Below, in pieces: positions 28,830-36,147 of a stretch of 64,000 bases of DNA. The stretch lies in IMG/VR virus record IMGVR_UViG_3300025012_000029, positions 128,001 to 192,000 of that record, one strand, 5' to 3'. Origin of the DNA: a virus (taxonomy: Duplodnaviria; Caudoviricetes). The notes under the pieces were generated by a model. It was not told the origin of the DNA and made no database searches. It saw only the letters and a list, made by a program, of their open reading frames with translations. The first letter of the stretch is position 1, and every line of letters begins with the position of its first letter. Both the position numbers and the translations under genes were made by a program.

Positions 28830-31326
28830 TAACTTCTTTCAATAAGGGATTAACTTCTTTTTCTTCTTTCAGAAAATCCGCAATATCTACAATTGGATAA
28901 TATTCATCTACACAATCGGCGAAATGTGTCAACATCTTATCGGAATCAAATTTGTCTAACACATATTCTTGAAGTTTGTTTGCTCGCGATTTACAAGAAC
29001 CATAATTTTTGTAAACTTCCCTCATTTGTTGTTTAGCATCAATTTCTCTAGGAAAGCACCATTGTGCATCAGGAATAATTATTCCATCCCAAACTGCTTC
29101 TGGTTGAACATTTTTAATATCGTACGCTACGTTAGAAATCATACATGTATTTTTGATTTTATTCTTTTTCTTATCTTTTATTGGCATATAAATAAAATCA
29201 TTTTGTCCACTCCATGCGGGGGCAACTATCGGCAATCCATTATATGCTGATTCAAACATTGGAAGACAGTTGTGCACCATAAAATTTTCAGTACAATAAG
29301 TTTCGTCTTCTTCAACAGAAAGGTTGAATACTTTACCAGCGTGCTGAAATTTAGTAATATTTTTTATTCTCAGCAAAAAACAATCTTCTTTTTCTTTAGT
29401 TCTTCCAGATTGTTTTTCATTAAACGAATCTGCCAACTGCAGTGTGTCGTATATTACAGTATTAGAAGTATGTTTATTTAACATGGTTACAAATTTATTA
29501 ATACTTTCTTTTTTTCCAATAACTAACGAATGAATTTCACTCTTGTAATTCCATTTTTCTTTAATAATTCCTTCTCGGGTGCACATTTTATAGGAACATA
29601 ATATTCCTTGTTCTAATAATAATATTCTAATTTGTCTCAATAATGTTTTATTGACAAGTTGTACCTCTATAGATGGATTCTTGTAATTTTTAGTATTAAT
29701 ATATCCATCTCCTTCAAATAAAGCAGTAATCATTCCCTCTTTAAATTCATTAGGAAACGAGAAAACGCAATCACTAATAACTTTATTTTTTGATTTATTT
29801 CCCAATAAAGATTTGAAAAATAAAGCCACAATTTTATTGTGAAATACAATAACAGAACATTTTTTATTTTTTCTTTTTTCTATCCTAAAATGTTCTATCC
29901 CGAATATATCTTTCATGCAATTGATAATTTCTTTTCCAAAAGAATCAATTTCTTTATCATGAAGAGAAAAAGCAATAATTCTATCATCAGATACACATCC
30001 TTCGGCTAAAAACCATCCACACAATCTACCAAATTTTTTATCAATATTGATATTATTTTTTATTTTTAGGCCAAGTTTATTTGAATGCATATAAAAAATA
30101 TCTTCATCGTTTAGTACTAAATTTTTTTCATTTTTTACGTGTTCAAATATATCAATATTGTTAATGATATTTTCTTTTTTTGACATTTTTGGCAAAACCA
30201 AATAGTCATTTTGTTTTAATTCATCGCTTCTTTTCCACAAGAATTCTTTATTTTTATTATCATAAATGTAAACATTGTGATTCGGCGTTAAAACAATTGG
30301 TTCCATAGGTACTGCACAATATGGAACAATTTTAATCATCTCGCCAGAATATTCACGAGACATAGGAGTTATAACTTTTCGATATCGATTTCTATGAGTC
30401 AATACTAAATCTCCAGATTTAATATCGATCAATTTCTTAAGTCCTTTGTCTGTAATAATTGGAGTATAGTCCAATCCGCAGAAACCTTCTCCGTGCGTTA
30501 AACTAATGAAAGCTTTAATTTTTGGATGTCTATAAAGAAAAGTCATTTCTTCCTCTCTTAAATCTCCATGTAAAAGATGTATAGCACATTTTCGTTCTTT
30601 TCCATTAAATTGAGATAAAACATCATTAACTCTATTTTGAGTCATTTCTCTATCCATTAATGATTGATTAACGGAATTGACTTTCAATATTAATCCAACT
30701 TCTTTATTCATAAACTCTTCAACGAACCATTTAATTGTATTTTCAACATTCTTTCGTGGTCCCCATTGAGCTACAGTTAGAAAATTAAAATCATACTTAA
30801 AATCAACATTAATTGGTTTTGGTTCTACAATTCTAACCGGATAAGGAACAACTTCCATTGGCATCTCAAGTTTGGCAACAAATTGTCTTCCTGTAACATT
30901 ATCTGTCGCTGGAAACTGCGCATTGGTAAAACCAAATTTAGAATGATTAGATGTTAATAGAATTTTGTTTACATTGAAACATCCCTGAAACCATTGAGGT
31001 GAAATTTTAGTTGTTTCAATTCCAGCAGTATATCCAATATTAATTGGAGCCATTTTTTTCCACTCATTTGGGATACAAACTTGTAATGATATATCAAACT
31101 GTCCACCTTGTTGTTGATAAACAAGAGTTTTTTGAAGAATTTGATCAATCCAGCGGCGCTCTTCTGTATCTTCCCATGTCCAACTTGTTCTACCCCAAGG
31201 GGTATTAATGAGATATATGTCAAATCGTTCTGGAAACTTTCGAAGAGCGGAAAGAGCAAAACGACTCTGAACACCATAACCGCTTTGGCTCAAAAAAGGT
31301 CCCCTCATTATGATTTTTTTAGTCAT
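28816..31326 (-). CDS. GT4-like glycosyltransferase containing an intein
   Basis: SGYG, QWGPRKN; the motif EGF|CLPMFES is restored after intein removal. Confidence 0.9.
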   Translation of the reverse strand: MTKKIIMRGPFLSQSGYGVQSRFALSALRKFPERFDIYLINTPWGRTSWTWEDTEERRWIDQILQKTLVYQQQGGQFDISLQVCIPNEWKKMAPINIGYTAGIETTKISPQWFQGCFNVNKILLTSNHSKFGFTNAQFPATDNVTGRQFVAKLEMPMEVVPYPVRIVEPKPINVDFKYDFNFLTVAQWGPRKNVENTIKWFVEEFMNKEVGLILKVNSVNQSLMDREMTQNRVNDVLSQFNGKERKCAIHLLHGDLREEEMTFLYRHPKIKAFISLTHGEGFCGLDYTPIITDKGLKKLIDIKSGDLVLTHRNRYRKVITPMSREYSGEMIKIVPYCAVPMEPIVLTPNHNVYIYDNKNKEFLWKRSDELKQNDYLVLPKMSKKENIINNIDIFEHVKNEKNLVLNDEDIFYMHSNKLGLKIKNNINIDKKFGRLCGWFLAEGCVSDDRIIAFSLHDKEIDSFGKEIINCMKDIFGIEHFRIEKRKNKKCSVIVFHNKIVALFFKSLLGNKSKNKVISDCVFSFPNEFKEGMITALFEGDGYINTKNYKNPSIEVQLVNKTLLRQIRILLLEQGILCSYKMCTREGIIKEKWNYKSEIHSLVIGKKESINKFVTMLNKHTSNTVIYDTLQLADSFNEKQSGRTKEKEDCFLLRIKNITKFQHAGKVFNLSVEEDETYCTENFMVHNCLPMFESAYNGLPIVAPAWSGQNDFIYMPIKDKKKNKIKNTCMISNVAYDIKNVQPEAVWDGIIIPDAQWCFPREIDAKQQMREVYKNYGSCKSRANKLQEYVLDKFDSDKMLTHFADCVDEYYPIVDIADFLKEEKEVNPLLKEVIAYD
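29269..30480 (-). mobile_element. Class-1 intein (404 aa) with LAGLIDADG endonuclease
   Basis: Cys1 (CGLDYTPIIT), block B TPNH, FLAEG and LFEGDG motifs, ends VHN followed by +1 Cys. Confidence 0.92.
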
Positions 31327-31334
31327 TGTGCTTC

Positions 31335-31655
31335 CTATAATATATTTTTAATTTTTATTTCATTAGTTTTTGGATCGCATACACGCGAAGATAAAGATAC
31401 ATTATCTATATGCCTAGGATATAATAATCTTTTTTTTAGTGCGACTTCTTTTAGTTTTTGTCCACGAAGTGAATTTTTAAAAAAACTTTTTATACTGTTA
31501 TTAAAACATTCTTTATTATCAAAACAAATATTATGTGGTGAAAACTTAATTGACTTTTTTTCCACCCGGCGTCGCAAAGTATATAATAATCTCTCAATTA
31601 GAAAAAACATATACTCCATCGTTTTCAATAAATTATAAATAATATTTTTCACCAT
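31335..31655 (-). CDS. Hypothetical protein
   Basis: 106 aa, preceded by AGGGG SD-like motif. Confidence 0.5.
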   Translation of the reverse strand: MVKNIIYNLLKTMEYMFFLIERLLYTLRRRVEKKSIKFSPHNICFDNKECFNNSIKSFFKNSLRGQKLKEVALKKRLLYPRHIDNVSLSSRVCDPKTNEIKIKNIL

Positions 31656-31674
31656 ATTTACCCCTTACACTTTT

Positions 31675-33259
31675 TTATAAAGTTCTCAATTCCCACGCTC
31701 TGTAACATTTTCTATTTTCCCAACTACCATGCTTTTCGTGAACATGAGTTAAAACTTCATCCCAACGCTTGTTGAATGATTCAAAATTATAATTTTTGAT
31801 AACATGTTCTCTTCCCTTTTTACCCATCAATATGCGTTCTTCTTTTGTCATATTATAAAACATAACCATTGCCTTGAGAAAATCCGGTTTTGAAATTCTG
31901 TCCTCAAAAATATATGGCACTGTTTGTGATCCAATTACAACGCTTGACGCCGGAATTATTCCAATTCCATGTTCACATATTTTTATTTTATCAGATATCT
32001 CATTATTTCTTTTTTCGACAAATTCACAAGACATTTGAATATTTGTCATATCCATTACTTGTTCTTGTAAACCACCTGTCATACTGACTATAATTGGAGT
32101 TTCACAAGCAAGGCTTTCAAAAACAGAAAGTCCAAAACCCTCTGCATCCGAAATTGATAGAGTAGCATCCGCCATATTATAAATTCCTGCCATATTTTCT
32201 GATGTTAATTTATCTTTAGATATAAAAACACTTTGCTCTTTATCTAAACCAAGTTCTTTAATTATGGCATATAAATCTTGTCCATTTTCATCTTTTGGCT
32301 CAGTGTGCATAAGCAGCATTGCTTTATCGTGCCCTATAATGTCTAAAAATTCTTTAAACCACCAAATAAGAGTTCCACTTTGCTTTCTTCTAGCATTTCT
32401 GCTATTCCAGAAAAACAACATTTTATCTGTAGCATTGGGAAAATTCTCTCTTCTTAAAGAAATGATTTTGTCATCTGGTAATTTAGTAAAAACGGATGTA
32501 TTCACAGAATGCGGAAAATATGTTTCTTCTACGTTTGGAGAAACAGTCTTTACAATGTCTGATGTAAGTTTTGAAATGGTAGCAATGAAATCTGTTGAAT
32601 CATATAATACTTTATTGAAGCTTGGATATGGGTAATTATCCCAAACGTGGTAATAAACCATCGGTACCAAGGAACGTATTTCGTGTTCAATTTCCCAAAG
32701 CCAAATATAGAATCTTGGATCGGTCATAAACCAAAGAATATCAGGTCTATGATTTCTAACGACTGAACGAACAATTTCTTGATTGGCATACCCATCAACT
32801 GGATAAATGATCCAATCATCTCCAAATTCATGGAATTTAACAATGCGTCGATCACTGTGAACTAATGCGCCACCTAAAGTAATAATCTGATATTTTCCTG
32901 TTTTAAGGAGTGCTTCACACATGTATTTAGTTTGCGATCCAACCCCAGACGGGCTTACGATTATTGGACTATATCACCATGTTACAAAAACATGTCGGGC
33001 GCTGTCGGATCATTACCATGTTGCTATAGCAATTTAGGCTAACCGTAGTCTCTGAACCTTCTCCACCGTTTCCAGACAGGAGCTTGGCTGCTGATTGTTC
33101 AATTACATTATTTTTTTTCTTTCGCGCATGTCGTTTCCAACTACGCTGTAGAACAATGTTTTTAAGAATTTTCCAGCAATTCACCCGATTTTACATCCGC
33201 TAAACCTTGTCAGTCGACGGATGATCGGAAATTGTTAGTATTTTAATCTTTTTTGTCAC
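31675..33259 (-). CDS. GT4 glycosyltransferase, spliced (exon 1 33217-33259, exon 2 31675-32957; 441 aa)
   Basis: Joined exons read MTKKIKILTISDHP-L-SPSGVGSQTKY...; RNARRK and EGFGLSVFES GT4 motifs; GTG start. Confidence 0.88.
32958..33216 (-). ncRNA. Group I intron (259 nt, ORF-less, IA-like)
   Basis: P AAUUGCUGGAAA, Q AAUCAGCAG, R UCAGAGACUA, S GAUAUAGUCC; P1 CAUCCGU/GCGGAUG with U-G at the splice site; P10 UAAGCC/GGUUUA; P3 CGGGUG/CGCCCG; terminal G. Confidence 0.92.
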
Positions 33260-34115
33260 TTATTTCTTTCCTTAACCTTTCTAAAACTAATTTTTTATTT
33301 TCGTTAAAATCTTTTTCCCAAATAATATAAACTTTATATCCTAATCCTTTTAAAAAGTTTAACCTTTTTTCATCCTTTTCCCATATTTCATTGGCATACA
33401 TGTTCTTTTTTTTGTTGAAATATTTTTTATCATAATCTCTAGGGTCGCAGTGCCAATAACCACCGTTAAATTCAACAATTATAGAATGCTTTTTGCTAAA
33501 AACGTCAGCATAAAATCCAGAAATGTATTGTTCAGCTTTAAACCCAAATTCTTTAAGTTCTTTTTGTAAAAAATCTAAGATTTCTTTGTTTGGCTTACTC
33601 TGAGCATGACGCTTAGAAAGTTCATAAGCGTTATTAACGCCATGATTTTTTTGTAAAGTATTTTTTTGTTTCAACTTTTGTTCATTTGTAAGTTTTTTAC
33701 CAAACATTGGATTATTTTCACCAAAAAATAAATTAGACATATATTTTTGATGACAAATTTTATTACCACACAACTTCTTGTTTTCTACTTCAGAAGGTTT
33801 TGCGTAAAATGGTTTATCACATATAATACAATTTTTGTATATTCCTTTTTTATCATTAGCTCGATAACGCCATTTATTATACGCACCATTTTCTATGTAA
33901 AATTTCGAAGCGCAACTGTTGCTACAAAATCCACCACCCTTCCTATACCTTATAACCTCTTTTTGACATTCTTTACAATTAAAAATTGATAAATGTTGTA
34001 ATCGATTTTTTTTAGTTCTGTCGTTATTGTGTCTCACGCGACATTCTTTTGAACATGTTTTGGACGCCCACGTTCCTTCAAACTCATTCTCACATATAAT
34101 GCACTTCCTCAACAT
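33243..34115 (-). CDS. Free-standing putative homing endonuclease (Zn fingers + NUMOD3-like + Vsr/DUF559-like nuclease)
   Basis: Multiple CxxC; GENNPMFGKK; C-terminal FYADV..IVEFNGGYWH..D..R...L..LGYKV..IWE. Confidence 0.75.
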   Translation of the reverse strand: MLRKCIICENEFEGTWASKTCSKECRVRHNNDRTKKNRLQHLSIFNCKECQKEVIRYRKGGGFCSNSCASKFYIENGAYNKWRYRANDKKGIYKNCIICDKPFYAKPSEVENKKLCGNKICHQKYMSNLFFGENNPMFGKKLTNEQKLKQKNTLQKNHGVNNAYELSKRHAQSKPNKEILDFLQKELKEFGFKAEQYISGFYADVFSKKHSIIVEFNGGYWHCDPRDYDKKYFNKKKNMYANEIWEKDEKRLNFLKGLGYKVYIIWEKDFNENKKLVLERLRKEISDKKD

Positions 34116-34139
34116 AGCCTAAACTTTATTTTTTATTCT

Positions 34140-34931
34140 TCACGGACAGAATTCTGTTTTTAAAAACGGACAATATTTACATGATAATCTATTCTTTGGA
34201 AACTTTTCATTGTCAACATTGTATACCATGGTATTTAAAAGTTTAAGAGCATTGTCTATTTTTTTCTTTCCTATTTTTGTCTCGAATATTTCAATATTAT
34301 CTTTCTTGGCAGTGCGTTTAATTAATCCAAAATGAGTTTTGATTTTATTTAATTCTATGTCTTCTTGCTGAGAAAGAAAATGTTTATAATATGTAAGCTG
34401 ATATGTTGTCATCTTGTCATTTCTTTTTTTAGCATCCCAACCCCAGCTTGTTGTTTTCCAGTCTAGTATATGAATTGTATCATCTGATGGTGTATGAATA
34501 ACAACATCTAAAATACCTTTGAATTCAAAATTCTTTTTCATATAACTTATAATTGGTTCTATTATTTTACTTTCTGTAGAAATAATCACAAAACCAGGAA
34601 ACTGTTTATGAAGTTCCTCAATTGACTTTTTGCAAAGGGATGGTCCAACTTCCATCATTTCCTTAGCTAATTTTTTGAGACTTTTATCAGAGAAAATATT
34701 TTGTTTAATATTTCCAGAAAGTTCTTTAAGAGATCTCTTAAAGTTTGTTTTAAACACATTTTCTATATCTGAGATATTATCTACAAGAATTGATTGGTTA
34801 GTGGCATGAACGGCATTGCCAAAAGCTGTATGTATGCTGCCTTTATCATGAGGAATTTTATCTATATATTTTAGCTTAAAATAAAAAGGACATTTTGACC
34901 AATCAGATAAAGAAGAATAAGAAATATACAT
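34140..34931 (-). CDS. Cas4-like/RecB-family PD-(D/E)XK exonuclease
   Basis: N-terminal CP; GILD, LDWKT, QLTYY; C-terminal CKYC..C. Confidence 0.85.
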   Translation of the reverse strand: MYISYSSLSDWSKCPFYFKLKYIDKIPHDKGSIHTAFGNAVHATNQSILVDNISDIENVFKTNFKRSLKELSGNIKQNIFSDKSLKKLAKEMMEVGPSLCKKSIEELHKQFPGFVIISTESKIIEPIISYMKKNFEFKGILDVVIHTPSDDTIHILDWKTTSWGWDAKKRNDKMTTYQLTYYKHFLSQQEDIELNKIKTHFGLIKRTAKKDNIEIFETKIGKKKIDNALKLLNTMVYNVDNEKFPKNRLSCKYCPFLKTEFCP

Positions 34932-35359
34932 TAAACACTCGATTCAGGATCTCCCTTTCCTTCGTCTATCTCTATAATAGAAGATAATTTCCTAGCGCGC
35001 TTTCGTTTTTGGGAGTCTTCCTTCAAAGGTACATCGGATGTAATATCGATGTCAAGAATTGAATTAGTTTCTTTTTCAATCTGTTTTAAATGATTAGTTT
35101 CTTGATTCATTAATTGAAAAATCCATGTGCCATGTAAAGTATCGTCACCTGTATTTGTAACGACTGATGATTTAACACATTGTGTAATGTTCAGATTTTT
35201 TTCTTCAATGAGAAATCTAGTAATATCTTTGGTTGTGATTCTAACCTCTTTTTCTTTATCTTGAATCGGATCGACTGTCACATCTATACTTATAAGATTT
35301 TTATCTTTAAGATTCATTATTAAAATGCCACTCACATTTTGTCCATTAATCTTTTCCAT
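34931..35359 (-). CDS. Hypothetical protein
   Basis: 142 aa coupled ORF. Confidence 0.65.
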   Translation of the reverse strand: MEKINGQNVSGILIMNLKDKNLISIDVTVDPIQDKEKEVRITTKDITRFLIEEKNLNITQCVKSSVVTNTGDDTLHGTWIFQLMNQETNHLKQIEKETNSILDIDITSDVPLKEDSQKRKRARKLSSIIEIDEGKGDPESSV

Positions 35360-35368
35360 ATATTACCT

Positions 35369-36064
35369 CTAATTCATTTTAATAATTTTGTCAAGTTCTT
35401 TTATTTTATTAAATAGAATTGGACAAATCTGCTGAAGATATTTTCTATCTCCTATTGTATAAAAATATTCAAATCCATTAGCATAATATTCACTTAATGA
35501 TGTTGCTGAATATGGAGAAGTGAATAATCCTACAATCATAGGTCCCAAGATGGTATATCCAACATCTCTATATAGAAATTTATCTAGTTCTATAGAATAT
35601 TCAGAATTTGAAAGAAACTCTTTTCCTGGAAAATTGTAACCACTATTTTTAAGTGTGAAAAGAAGTTTTTTCTTTTTCGCATAGAATTCTAATTCTAATT
35701 CTCCATCTCCATATATGTCCATCCCATAATCCGTTTCTAATGAATGTCCTATTTCATGAATTATGTCTTTTATTATTATAGTTTCAGTAATATCTTGATC
35801 ATTATTAAAACCAGAAACATATATACAGCCATCAGAATATAGTGATTGTATTTGTCTTCCTTTTAAGAAGTTAAAATTACCAAAATATATTTCCTCTATA
35901 TTATAAAAAAACTTTTTGCTAATTAAAGTTCTCTCTATCTGTCTTAATATCTTATTAAGATCTATATTAGGTGATATAGTACCAATTACTGTTACAGGTA
36001 TTCTATTAAAAATAATCATTCTCTTAGATTCTTTTAATTTATTTCTAATAGAATTAATATTCAT
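35369..36064 (-). CDS. Putative zincin metallopeptidase
   Basis: HEIGH plus distal SEYYA Glu motif. Confidence 0.6.
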   Translation of the reverse strand: MNINSIRNKLKESKRMIIFNRIPVTVIGTISPNIDLNKILRQIERTLISKKFFYNIEEIYFGNFNFLKGRQIQSLYSDGCIYVSGFNNDQDITETIIIKDIIHEIGHSLETDYGMDIYGDGELELEFYAKKKKLLFTLKNSGYNFPGKEFLSNSEYSIELDKFLYRDVGYTILGPMIVGLFTSPYSATSLSEYYANGFEYFYTIGDRKYLQQICPILFNKIKELDKIIKMN

Positions 36065-36147
36065 GAGTCATCACATTAATTTAGCTAAATTAGTAATTTA
36101 AATATCACACTTTTAGACACTTTTCAAGTTTTTTCAGAATATATTTT

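Noticed and set aside
31675-32922. ORF-track start MCEALL for the GT4
   Set aside because: The GT-like N-terminus continues upstream across the intron; the spliced model fits P1/P10 pairing and frame
32969-33184. 71-aa minus-strand ORF (MNCWKILK...)
   Set aside because: Lies wholly inside the group I intron core; no protein motif
34140-34931. CRISPR-Cas system
   Set aside because: Only a solo Cas4-like gene; no cas1/cas2, effector or array found in the window
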